Shown: one piece after another, positions 1 to 13,300 of the stretch
How the letters are laid out: each line of letters starts with the position of its first letter
How positions within the stretch are numbered: position 1 is the stretch's first letter
Assembly: GCA_000165425.1 (NCBI GenBank)
Contig: CT868307.1
Span: 310,001-374,000 of the forward strand
Direction of reading: 5' to 3'
Source of the DNA: Paramecium tetraurelia
Taxonomy: Eukaryota
Length of the DNA stretch: 64,000 nucleotides
Program-made: the position numbers and the translations under genes
The notes under the pieces: generated by a model
Databases searched by the model: none
What the model saw: only the letters and a program-made list of their open reading frames with translations
What the model was told of the DNA's origin: nothing

Positions 1-3000
1 GACACCAATATCCATTCCAAGATTCTTGTCTTGAACAATAGGTGACATTTGGGCCAAAGTATGTGTTATTACCAATACCTTGTCCGATTTATCCAAAGAA
101 GTGACCAGTTTAATCCTCTATCAAAAAGTTGATTTATCCTGTGCATAAAAATGATCCACACCCTCCAAACCATCCTAATTTACCTGCATCTGGATTTCTT
201 GATTTGAACAATAGAGCATTGAATTCACAATTAGTGCATGGAGAGTTTACTAAGTAATGTTGTCCTGTCATATCATGTGCTCCATGGTGTTATCTGAATG
301 CAGCATTATTCTTACATCTAGGGAGGTTATCATAAGTTAATCTAAAGTTATGGAATTCAACATTTGTTAAGTAGACTTTGAGATCGAGTCTTTAGATTGT
401 ACATATTGTATCAAATGCTGAAGATATTTTTGTCGAAATAGGAGGGAATGCTGATGAAGTCAAAGTACCCATTTAAATACCCATTTAGCCTTAACAATTA
501 GGACTAAGAGAAGCAGAATAGCATTTCACGCACTCTGGTCTAGCAAGGGCTGAAATGAAGATATTGGTCAGCTTCATTTTATTCTCTTAGATGCTATTTG
601 GAGCGGGTTTCAAGGCTATACCTCTATCATTTTCAACTACAATTGATTTTTCAAGTTAGATCTACTCACTGTAAATTGCATACATAATACCCACTTCACT
701 ATGATGAGCAGATAATCCTTAAATGTATGAACACTAGCCTTCTGGGTCTTGTCTCACACCAAAGCAAGCCAAAACAGTACTTGAACAATGATTGTTATAG
801 AATGATGATTAATATGCATCTGAACATTTACTTGCCATGACAAAGAATCCAGTGTCTTGAGATCCTTGTCCAACATTTCCAGACACATCAAAAATATCTC
901 TTCTCATTTGGGTTGGTACCAATTCATCCGAGTAAACAAAGTTACCAAATACAGCCCAATTAGCAAGGCCACCTTCATTTAATATTCTCTTCTTCACATA
1001 AATCAATGCATTATCCTAGAATTTCACATATTAACTGTTATTGATCTACACCAAAGCTTTGATACCATTGTAGAACATGTTATTTTTGATTGTAATGTAT
1101 TATGAATTTTAGATGGTCAATAACATGCCTGTAGTGTCATGGAATGAACAGCCAACTACTTCACTTTGAGTCTTGATAATATCACTATTAAGATTTCTGA
1201 AATCTAATCCACTTCTTTGAGTATCATATTTGACCACAATTGTTGAATTCAACACCCATGTAAAACAGTGTATCCTCTTCTTGGGAATCCTAAATTAGCT
1301 CCTGGCTCTTCAAATATAATAGATCAAGACTCTGCATCCCAAACCATGAACACTATCTCCTCCTTGAATCTTAATCTTTCTGGTCAAATGTCCAACAACA
1401 GCTCTCATATCCAATTTTCCAATTCCAGGTTTATCAATAGTGACTGATGGAGCTCCGTAATGATCAAATTCTAGGGCCTAATTCAATGTTAAAACACATC
1501 CAGAAATAGCTGTAATAGATCTCTTCTCCTTTTGTTCTGGATCACTACCTGAAGGACCAAATACAATCTCAGTCTCCTACAGCCCAACCAGCACACTCTG
1601 CTACTGTAACAGTTGTTGCACCTGCATCAGCATATGCTGCCAATCTAGTCCATACTGTTCCAGGTGGGGTTGAGTACAATTCCATAGCTCTTGTGACTGC
1701 AAGTACCTTATTACCAACATCTAGATTAGCATCAATTACTAATGGACTATCACCGAATTCTCCATTCAATTAAATTAAGATCTTTCCAGGGAATGGATTG
1801 GTTGAATTACCAGCTAATAATTTTCCTGTTCTAACCCAAATTCTCTCGGCTTCTAATTTAGTTGATGCTCTTCTCTCATCAAAAATTAATGATCCCAAAA
1901 TTGTTAGATTAGCAAGTTTAGGAGGATCAACATCCAAGATGACTTGATATGCTGCTTGTACGATTGGACTATCTCCTTCAAACAGGCACTTTGTTATCTA
2001 TCCAAGTGGTTGGATCACTCCAATATCTATATCCATCTTCCAATGGTACATCTCCTAAGCTATCACACTCATCTCTACAAATAACTCCTCTGACCTCAGA
2101 CATATTCATACTTCTTCTTATTCTTACCAGACAAGCAAATGAAGAATAATTTATTTGTTCTATCATTATACCAATCACCTTAATTACAAGTTTTAGTATC
2201 TGGAACCTATTCCAATTTTGTGTAATTTACTGGGAATTATCCTCCAATGTTTCTCATGATATCAAATGTTTCTCTATTGGCAGAGTAATTGAATCTAAGA
2301 ATAACAGCATTGTCATTTTAATTGAAGTATGGGGATGCAAAGATACCCATGCTTAATGGATCACTTGCTCCGAATTTGAAATGGACATTATAAGTGAAAC
2401 CTGTAGCAAATACACTTGCAAATGAATATTTAACATCGTTACTCTTCTTTATAATCTTCATAGTTTCTCCTTCGATATATTTGCTCTCGTCAATATTAGC
2501 ATCCATTTTGAGTGCAACATTAGTGCTGTCCAATCTATATAATTTCATATCAACTCCTGTGAAATCTTGTTCTGGAGTGGGATGGTTAATTAAAACATCT
2601 CTTATTGTAACTTAATTCATTGCACAAATGATTGAGTTTATCCCAAAAATCTTCTGGGTGAGTAACACATCCTGGAAATGCCATCAATGTGTTTCTTATA
2701 TGGGATAATATAGGCTCCTCCTGCTACTTTTGAAATTGAACCATCCTAGTCCCAGAATATCTCTCTTCTATGTTTCTACCAAAAGATACGATTAGCAGAG
2801 TCAGAATTAAATGCATTCACATTTATGAACTATGTATTTTTACCTCCTTGTACCCATAACTTCACATTCCAACATACAGAACATGATTCAATCAAAGCTG
2901 AATTGCTTCCATAATTATAAATTCTAATGTTCTTAGCTAAGAATCCGTTTGTTCTCGGTACTACCATTGCTCTTGATCCATCATAATAAGTGATATCAGG

Positions 3001-6000
3001 ATTTGCATTACCATTTGATCTACCCAACAATTAGGGCATTATCTAAAACTGCTCCCTCAGCTGAGAAGTTACCTTTATGACCTTAGAAACCAGCAAACTT
3101 GGAATCAGCAATCATAATGTCTTTGAAATACACGTTACCCAATTCTTCTCCCAAGACACCGCATTCATTGTTTTTCCATGTCTAGAATTTTTCAAACATT
3201 GCTTGAAGACTTGGATTAATCAATATATGGTTATTCATTTGACCAATTTTCTGGCCCTTTACAAGGGAACTTTCTTGGAGCCAATTAGAAAATACGAAGA
3301 CCGAATCTGCCATTTGAGTGAGCAACATTGTCCTTAAATTCAAGTATGTTTAATCCTGGAGGACAAATATCTGATGTAGCCGATGGTCCATCTGGATTCG
3401 TTTTGATTTCATACCAGAACCCATACCACTCTGAACCTCCTGATCTGTTTCTTCTTACAATATTCTATGGATTTGTAACCCAAAAAGTGGCCACAGTAAT
3501 ATCTGTTTGTAACATGATCCAACTTTATTTGGTACTAGCAACAAGGTTATCTTCCACAACATTGTTTGTTTCAATACCATCTTCAAAGAATATGGCATGT
3601 CCAAAGGTATTATAGCAAACATTCTTCTAGACCTTCAAATAATGAACGCCGTGAATAGTCAAACAACGAGCATAACAGTCATGGATGGCATTACCAACAA
3701 CATATGACTCATCAACTTCTCCATTCAAGTGGAAATGAACAGGATATCTACCGATAATTCTTGGTTGACCACCATATCTGAATTCTGCATATGATATTTT
3801 ACCAATTGCTCCTTTCTCAGCTCTTCCATGAATCATTAAATGATAACCATATTTCAAATCAGACTCTTCACCTTGAATAACGATATTTCTTGTTAACAAA
3901 CCTACTTCAACTTTCATCGGGAATTACTCTGATCCATAGGTTTCAACAGCTGAATAATGTTAATGGGTGAGTGGTTAATCAAGTGTCAATGTTTTCTTGT
4001 CAGCACTGACAGCAGTAATGTTTTTTCACTTTGTGTGTGTTCAACTTCACTGGAAGTAATAACAATTTATTCACCTACCTACCAGTCTACAGCATCGTCG
4101 ACTGTAATTTGAGTTGCTCCAACTGATGCTGTGCTTGATAATAGTGTCCAAGTTGGTGTTCTTTCCTTTCCATGAATAACTAATTGGCATTGATGACATC
4201 CTAAAACCTTATTACCCATAGCAGGCATCTAAACATCTTCCTCAACTCCATGTAAAGTAATCTAAACTTTATGTTAATGAGCCACCAATTCTGTACCAAT
4301 ATTGAATTTACCTTCTCTAATAACAATGTAATGAGCATCCAAAGATGTATCTACTTCATCAGAGAATGTGAGAGCTCCTTCAACTAAGACTTACATCAAT
4401 TTAGGTGTTTTAACATCAACGATCAAAGTTTATCCAGCATTAACAATAACTGAATCTCCGTCTCCTGGATATTCATATCCACCCCAAGTATTAATGTCTG
4501 ACCATTTGGTAGCATAGATGAATTTTTGGTTGTTCACTGCCAAGTTTCCATTAACTCTAACTTAAAATACTCCATTTAATTAAGTTTAATCTAGATCTTT
4601 GACTCCAGTTTTACAAACAACTTAAGTTGCTGAAACACTCTAGATAGCACATGTGACTCCATCAATGGTTACTGTTGTTTATCCATTAACAAATCCAGTA
4701 CCAGTAATTGTAATGACTGCTTCTTCAGTAAATCTGCCTGAAGTTGGACTGACTGTATTAACAATTGGGACACTACTTGCTGAGTAACTAACAGCATTTG
4801 CTACTGTAGTAAGTGCTTATCCATTGACTGAGATTTCTGCACTACATGAAGTTGGAACAGAGTATGCATTATTACTACTTGATAACACCCAACCTTTTCA
4901 ATTCAATTTCTGCTAATTAACATGATGATCCAGTTGATCCTCTTGAATCAAACAATCTAATGGCTTTAATGCCTGAAATATCGGCTTATGGAACATAAAT
5001 ATTCCAACCGGTATGCACAGTCTAATCAACTGTTAATAAGGTCTACCAAGTAGTACCATCTGTTGTGTATTGGAACACTGCATCTTTCAATAGAACTGCT
5101 GATTTGTCGATTCTTGGGATGTATCTCAATTAATGCAATTTCAAAACTCTATTTGCTCCAAAGTCAACTTGAATGTAACAATTTGAAGTAGCACTGGAAA
5201 TATAATAGGTTGATTATAATAAATCGAAGAATTTACTAGCAGATGTTGCTGTATCAGCCGATAAGGTAACTTCTGATGGTTTAATATATCTAGCAGGTTC
5301 TTACAAAGCAGAATATTGATTCAAAACTGATGTTGTCAATAATTTTGGAGATTCACATGACAATGTTGAGTAGGTTGCACTTGTGACAGGACAATCAAAT
5401 CCACAAAGTTTTACTGAATTTTAACCTTTAACAGTATCAAAACCAGTTCCTGTAAATGTTACTGTTGCACCTCCTGCATATGAGACTGCTGGATTATTTG
5501 AAGTCGGTAGAGATGCACTAACAATTAATTTCTATTTGCTAACATCACTTATGTAAGCATATTTAGCATCTACCAAAAGGTTGATTGAATAGACTCCTGC
5601 TGGTAAATTTGAGAAACTAGCTGTGACTGAGGTATCAGATTATGCTGAGACTGTTCCAGCTATCTTGTGACCCATATGTTCCAATGTAACAGCTATTGTA
5701 GTGCCAGTAAGTCTAACACCTGTGAATACAAGAGCAACATTTCCAGCTGTAGCCAAGTAGGCCTTTTGAGTAGAATCATAAGAAGCACCACTGATGGCTG
5801 TGAAAGTGGGAGAATTGGATGATTGATTAATAGTTAAACTAAAAGTGGCTGTGAGAGGAACTGCTGAATTATTTTCAGAAGGCAATTGGGATAATGTTAC
5901 TGTTGCAGATGCAGCTGATTATCTGGCCATTCTACATTTAATTTATGCACTGGAAACTACTGATAATTCAGTACACTCTGTTGTTCCAATTTTAACACTT

Positions 6001-9000
6001 GGAGATTTGTCAGCATTAAATCCATATCCATTTATAGTCAGAAGCTATCCTCCGATGGATGCAGCATCAATTGATGTAATACTTAATCCAATTACTGTAA
6101 CCCAGATCTTATCTGCATAACCATTTTTAGTTAAAATATAAGTTGAGTATTATCCTTGAGGTAAATTTGGAATTGTATAAGTGAAGGAAGATCCAGAAAT
6201 AGTAGCTGTAACTGTTTATGTGATTGGACCCTTGAATACTACTGAGACTTCACTTGTTAATCCTGTTCCTGTCAATGTTTCTGTGTCCAATGGAGCATAC
6301 GTCTTTTATTGACTTAACACTAAATCAGCAGCTGAAAGCATATCTCTTCTGGGGGATTTACCAAGATTTAAAATATGATCATTTCCTTGTTTTTTTGATT
6401 CTTCTGTCCATAAAAATCTCTTTCTTTGAACCAATTTTTAATAATCAGGTTTCTAATGGTCACTTTCTGTCAAAATTCTTGATCCAGTAAACAAAGTGGT
6501 TGATGCTGGATAATCATTAAGAACTGGAGTCAATGTATTATCATAAGTAAATTTACAATTATTAGTAGTATCAAGACATACTGATTCAAGTGTCACTTAT
6601 AATGCTACAACAACTAATTAAGCTGGATCATTATAATATTCATTTTTTGCTGGAACTGTGCAATAAATCACTTCACTTGTGAATCTACTTTCATCAATTT
6701 CGCAAAGCCAATTTATAGCAATACCTACAAAAACTAGAGTTTCTCCCTTAATAAAATTAGATCCTGTAATTTTAATAACTGTTCCTCCAGCTTCAGAACC
6801 TTTAGCTTAACTGGTGCCATCTTCTAAAGTTACACTGGTAATTGGGATGATATACTTAAATGAGTTATCACCAGTATTTGCATATGAATTACCATAATCC
6901 TTCCTTGTAACAGTGACTAAATATTCGCCTGGCATTCCTCCTCTTAAATAAACTTTGATGGAAGTATTTGTCACTGAAATAACCTTCGCATTATAAGATT
7001 TAGTTCCTACTAAAGTAACTTTGATATCTTCAACAACAGTTCCGAAATTGGTTCCTGTGATTGTCATTTCTCCCTTGAACACTGGTGATTTTTAATTGAA
7101 TTCTAAAGATTAAATTTACATTCTCAAAGCATCATCATATGAAAATGAACTACTAGTAAGTGTTTTTTAGTTGAATGACAAAGAGATAGCTCCAGTTCCT
7201 CCACTAGCTTTCTTAGGACTGATGAATACAATTTAAGTATTTGTTATTGATAATGGATGAACATCTTAGCCATCAATTTTGAATGCGAACTCTCTATTTA
7301 AATTCTTAGGGAATCCAGAACCAGTGATGGTAATAGTAGTGCCACCATCTGGTGATCCTGTTGCTGGTAATACAGAGGTTATAACCAAATTAACAGTCTC
7401 TCCAGTTACTCCACCATCTACTTTAGAAAATCCGATAGATTTATGATGTACAGCAGGTACTTAATTATCTCCAGCTTCCTTGATGTTTTACCCATTCAAT
7501 TATTCTAATGTACAAGAGATAGTGTGGGGTGATGTAAGGGTAGCCTGAATATTTGTGCAATCAGCTCCTGCAAATGATATTGATAAGTCAGATTAAGTAA
7601 CCTTTAAGCCAGTTCCTTATGTTAAAGTTAATGATAATTGAGATCCTGAAACTGTATAAGCAGATAAAGTTGGGGTCTTTGCATCACTTAAAGTGAAATC
7701 ACAGGCATCAGATTATTCACAACCAGCTAAAATATTTTCAGTTTCAACTACAACATCGTTTTCTTTCAATTGGTATTAAACCTCAACTTAAACTTAGGGA
7801 TGTTGACTATAGGTAAATAATAATTCATTTGGAATTGGTTCAAATAATAAATTAGTACTATCTGTTATTGGTTAAGAGACAGCAATAGTAACATCTCCAT
7901 TTCCTGAAACCAAAACGTTGCTTGAAATTGATAAGTCAGTAAGTCCTTCTACATGTGATCTTAGAACGATGTACCATTTCCATCCATCTTATGCTCTTCC
8001 GACAGTCCAGACAAAAGGTCTTTAACCAGTGATTCTTTCAATGTTATCAGCAATCAACGAGGATGAAGCATCGAAGGGTAAATCATAATTGCTTTCTGCT
8101 ACTTAGAATAAAGTCTCAACTCCGTTTATTGTAATCTTTAATTAAAAGGTTCCACTAATTGGATCAACAGGTTCCTGAGTTCTTACAGCATTTGACACTG
8201 GTGTGCCTCCATTTAAACTAGGTGAGACGATTTTTGGAAGTGCTCTATATTATACAGTACCTCTGTGAGAATCAAATGTAATAGTATATTTATATCCAGC
8301 AAATGTTGTTGCAGCATCGTCTAAAGCAGCTCCAGTGTTATCTAATTTTGTAGCTATCACAGTGACTTAATAATTGCCACCACAGTTTTAAATGGCATTT
8401 TTAATGGCATTTGCATTTGCATTAGGAGTTATATCTCCAGTAGTATAAGAATAATAGACAGTTGTCTATGGTGTTGTTTTAGTACCAAAGGTGAATTAAA
8501 GTTAATACTTACCTGCTAATAAAGTATTTCCAGCTGAATTGTATAAAGTTAATTCAATTACTTCTTTAACTGGTGTGTAGGATGATGAAATTTAATAGAC
8601 ACTATTCAATGAATTAGATTTTCTAGTTGCACTTTCAATTTCCATGGAGAGAGTGAGATATCCACCTGCTCCACCATTAAGATGATATGCTTCAATGTAA
8701 TAGAATTCATCTTATTATAAAGAAACTGAGCTAGATATTGTTTTAATTGAGTTAGAGGTACTCAAATATTCATACCAATAGTTTCTGTATGGATTCCATC
8801 CACTAGCAGCAGTTGCTGTATCAGGTCTAATTGCCTATTTAGTTTAAGCAGTTTGAATGAAGAATTATGAACAATCATCTGAAGCAATATAAAATTTATA
8901 ATTGCCAGTGAATGGTGCTTTTAAGAATCCTCTGAAATATTATCCATAATATTCTCCAAATTAGTTTTAAACATCAGGTTCTGGATAAATTCCATTGAAT

Positions 9001-10167
9001 TAAATTCTACTGTCTAATTGAGCTTAGTTAGTAATGATCTAGGTTCTGAAGGAAGCACAATTTAAATTCAATCCTGAAATATCCCATCTTGTATAATGTA
9101 ATCCACTTCCTTAAATAAAAACTGAACTCTCAGTAGCATCAGCAGCACTTGGTAGATTGCTCAGTTTTGGTATCTTTACATTAATAGTAGTTGGAGTTGA
9201 TGATAAAACTTAAATAGTTTCCGCTTAGCCTGAAATCTTGACAGCATTTTCAGTGGCTATTGGACTAAAACCATATCCCAAGATTTACAAAATTTAACCT
9301 TCTGGGGATGCAAAATTCGTATTTATCCCAGTTATAACTGGAAGAACTCTAAAAATTAAGAATAATCAATACTTTGAATTATATGTCCTATCAGAATAAA
9401 CTTTCTTTTATTTTACCCCTACATCATTGTTTTGATATCCACTCTATGATTTAATAGTATAATCATAATATCCTGCTTTGATTTCAGCTGAAACTTAACA
9501 TACAACTTAATCATCCCAAAAATTAATCTCATCTGGATACTAATCTTAAACTGTGAATCTGTCACATCTGTTGGCTCCCATGAATTATCCTTCTAGATAT
9601 TAAACCAATGTGCTAGACACAGCCCACTTAGCCCTCCAATAGCTTAGGGTTCTTGGATAATTTGATCTTGGACTAACATAAAATAATTTTGGTGTATAGT
9701 ATTGAGAGTAACTGTAAAGGCATTTTGAGGAAATTGAAGCGCACACTGAGTCTGGTTTACCTGATACCTTGACAACAATTTATAAGCCAGATAAGTTATT
9801 GTCATCTGAATTTGGTTTTGATGTTCTGCAGTTCATGAACAATCCATTAACTCCCTTGTCGGAGATAATACATGGATATTTGCCAATATACACCGCATTA
9901 TTGCTAGCAGTCTAGTCTAACCCTTGAACCTTTAAGAATATTTATACTCTTACTTTCATATAAATTGTTGTTCCACCCATTACAGAACCCGAAAGGCCAG
10001 AATTTTCCTATCCCAAAATAGTTGAAGCAGCTAAAATTACAACTGCATCTGAAGATGAATCTGTTGAAGAGTCCATCATCATGGCTACAATATTATTTGA
10101 TCTAATTACCTTCAACATTATTGCTTAATAGCGCAAGTAACATGCTTGTAAATGCTATCATTAACAT
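1..10167 (-). CDS. Fibrocystin-L (PKHD1L1)-like giant secreted/surface protein with signal peptide, IPT/TIG repeats, PA14, an F5/8C-like module, two G8 domains and beta-helix regions. Runs off the left edge. About 10 single-base frameshifts between 1230 and 4900.
   Basis: Code-6 translation begins MLMIAFTSMLLALLSNNVEA (signal peptide); introns 10085-10109 (25 nt) and probably 9930-9953 (24 nt). PA14-like FRGFLKAPFTGNYKFYIASDD (~8880-8940). TIG repeats such as GEMTITGTNFG (~7050). G8 no.1 KWSDINTWGGYEYPGDGDSVIV (~4450-4510) followed by VEVGLLTRNIVIQG and GRYPVHFHLNG. G8 no.2 YWSDPTTWIDNKVPVEGD (~1970-2030). Confidence 0.9.
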
Positions 10168-12282
10168 GAAAATGTTTTATAAATATTAATGATCTTCTGC
10201 CAATTCTCGATCCCTTTTATACCCCTTCACATCTTGATTAATCTCAGTTTTAATTTATCACGTACTCAAAAATTAAATGTATCTTTTTTCAAAATGTATT
10301 AGGAAAACAAGATTAAAATCTTATAATAGCGATTTTCTTCCCATTAGGGGTACACTGTTTATATTAAAGGAATTTTAAAATCAAAATCTAGCCCAACTTT
10401 TTCTCACACTTTTTTTTTGTGACTTACTATTCTTTTAGATAATTCAGAGTCACTCTTGGAACATAATTATTTAAATAGCATTGAAATATAATAGTTAGAA
10501 GAGTAAGGAAAGAGAAAAAATGGTTTTTAGCAAAATCATATTTAATGAAGTTAAACCACATTCCTCACTTAAGTCATTTTATTCTTTCCAATTAAGAAAT
10601 AACTCATAAAATTTGACATTCATATATAAAAAACTAACAAAATTCTTCATTTTCTTTCTTTATTTTGCTGATCCAAATTTATTGATATCACAACAGCAAA
10701 AATAATTTATATATAAATTCTAGAGCCATCAATCATTTTATAATATTATTTTTCTTATAAACTAATTATATACAATTAATCAAATCTGCTTAAACATATT
10801 AAAAAAATTGGAGACCCCAATTTTCTTTCTTACACAGAACTTAATTAATATAAGTAAGCCGTTAAATATGATTTGAGTGACTATATCATATAGTTTTAAA
10901 TATACTTAGAATATTATTGGTTTTATTAGTTATGAAGGCTTAAAATTTATAATAAAATATTATTGTAGATTTATGAACTAAGACCTTTTTTCATAGTAAC
11001 TGCCATGATGAATTAGTATAATTAGCTTTGACAATTGAACTGATATTTTATATATATAATTGTTAAAATTAACTATGGATTTAGAAATATAAATATAGGA
11101 CATGTTTTATCAGCTCATACTGATTTTTGAATTTATTTAAAAATAATAGTTAATTATTTGAAGAATATCAAATATCTATTTGTTGGTAACTAGAAATTCG
11201 AAAAAGACAATCCTTTCTTTTTGAATTAACTAAATATCGAAAAATTACTTATCTCATCATCTCCAAATGATTCCTTCTTCTTTTCTTAGAAATCTTATCT
11301 AGTTAGTTATTTGTAACTATCTGTATTTTCTTAAGGTTATTTTAGATCTCATTATATTGAAATAGCAAGGAGAATCTTATGTCATATGTTTAAATTGCTT
11401 TTATTATTTAAGAAGTTGTTATACACAATAGAAACTGCTAATTAGTTGATTTTATTTCTTTTATAGCATACTTTTTGAGTTTATAGACTTAATCATTTTG
11501 TTGCTGATAATTAACAATATATAAATTATTTCTAAGCATCTCATTTTGAAGTACATCTCATTATTAAATTATCTCAATATTCTTTTATTAAATCATTTGC
11601 CTCTCCATCCTTCTTAAATTTTGGTATAAAATAATTAATCTACAGTTTGTTATTTTAGAATTTAAAAGTCTTACCTCTTCTTCTCTATTTTTGAAACGTT
11701 ATCTCTATATTAGAAAATCTTTTCATGTCAATAAATTTCAATATTGGTTATTTGGCAAAATACTAGCTTCCAGTATTTATTTTGTTGAGTTTCTAACTTT
11801 TTTAACACGATATATATGTACATATATATACTATATTGATTCTATTCTTCAACTTCTTTTTATTAATCAACATTATAAAGTAACATTCTTTCAAATTTTA
11901 GTTTAACTTGATGGACCATAAACATCTTTTTGTAAAAATTTTAAATCATTTTATCAAGATGACCAATCCATTAAGTAGACATTAAATTTTACTCATGTTA
12001 ATTTTTATCATTAATAATTAATAATGTTTTCTTTTTCATAACCATTTTTTTTAACTTTAATTATTTGGATACCGCTTTATTCCAATTTCTCAACTTAGAT
12101 AATTACTTATTTAAGCATTCCATCAATAAATTAGTAAATACTAATAATTTTTTATTGATATCTAAATATGAATTTTCTCTTAGAATTTTTTTATAGTTAT
12201 GTATTAAATATTGAAGAATTATTATTTTCGAAATTAGTAGTATTTCTTTATTCTTGTTAAAGAATTGTTTATATTTATAAAC

Positions 12283-12870
12283 ATGATTAAATTTATTGCA
12301 AGAAAAATTGAGAGATCTTCCTCCTTAAAAAGAGATCAACAAAAAAACGAAGAGGAATTATAATTCGAATATCCTTTCAATATTCAAAAACCTCTAGCAA
12401 TATCTGATCAAGAATACAGCGACGATTATTAGTTATTGAAATAAAATCCTCCTGGGGTGAGTTTAAAATTAAACATTGGAACACCAAAAATAGAAACCCC
12501 TTCGAAGTTACCTTACGTCTTAGACGATACTCTTTAAAGGTAATCATAATTAATTAATTACCAGATAAAAAGGAAGAATGAAATTCTATGATGATGCCAA
12601 GAAATATGGGTTTCTAGTTCTTGATGAAGATGGAACAGATGTATTCGTTCACTATGACGATCTTTAAGCCGCAGGAATTACTATCGAAAAAATGAAGCTA
12701 TACAAAATTGTTCATTAGTATTCATTATTCTAAAGATTAGGAATAATCCACAATATGTTAAATTTACAAAAAATGGAGGCCCTTACTTCGAATTCACTCT
12801 AATGAATTATATGGGGAAATATAACAAGAGTAGAAAAGCTATAGATCTATAATTATTGAATTAAACTTGA
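12283..12870 (+). CDS. Cold-shock-domain (CSD) nucleic-acid-binding protein
   Basis: ATG 12283, introns 12540-12564 (25 nt) and 12718-12740 (23 nt), TGA 12868-12870. Contains GRMKFYDDAKKYGFLVLDEDGTDVFVHYDDL, with RNP1-like KYGFL and RNP2-like VFVH. Confidence 0.9.
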
Positions 12871-13057
12871 TATTAAATTAATATTGGCTATTATCATAAT
12901 CTAAAATTTTATTTTCCATCATCATATATATTATAAACACCAGTTTATTATTATCATATATCTACGGAGATTCCTTTAAATTAAGGAGACTATTATGCAA
13001 ATAAACTGAATCATAAATTTATTCAATCAGATTTAAAATATCATTATTTTTTTCAAC

Positions 13058-13300
13058 ATGGGCTGCTGCACTACTAAAAATAAGAAATAATTAAAGGATA
13101 TAGACCATTTCGTGAATATGCTTAACAAAAACATGAATGACGAAACAAAAATCTAAGAGAGAAACAAAGCATTTTAAATTACAAAGAATCCAATATTTTA
13201 AAGGAGACTATCATAAAAAAAGGAGATCTCTTTGACCAAACAAACCTACTCCTATTTAGAAAGAAACAACTAAACTTCTAAAAATTATGAATACATATGA
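13058..13300 (+). CDS. Small (80 aa) putatively myristoylated/palmitoylated protein, KNPIxQRR family member A
   Basis: Intronless ATG-to-TGA frame in code 6: MGCCTTKNKKQLKDIDHFVNMLNKNMNDETKIQERNKAFQITKNPIFQRRLSQKKEISLTKQTYSYLERNNQTSKNYEYI. Shares the MGC start and the motif with the ORF at 14255. Confidence 0.75.

Noticed and set aside
1230..4898. Euplotes-type programmed +1 ribosomal frameshifting as the cause of the frameshifts
   Set aside because: The sites share no AAA-TAR slippery motif, TAA/TAG are sense codons here, and I saw no such shifts in the other genes.
1949..6490. Plus-strand ORFs in the supplied track over the fibrocystin-L-like gene (likewise those opposite IFT172 and the Ca2+ channel)
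   Set aside because: They are antisense shadows of strongly supported minus-strand genes and have no recognisable motifs.
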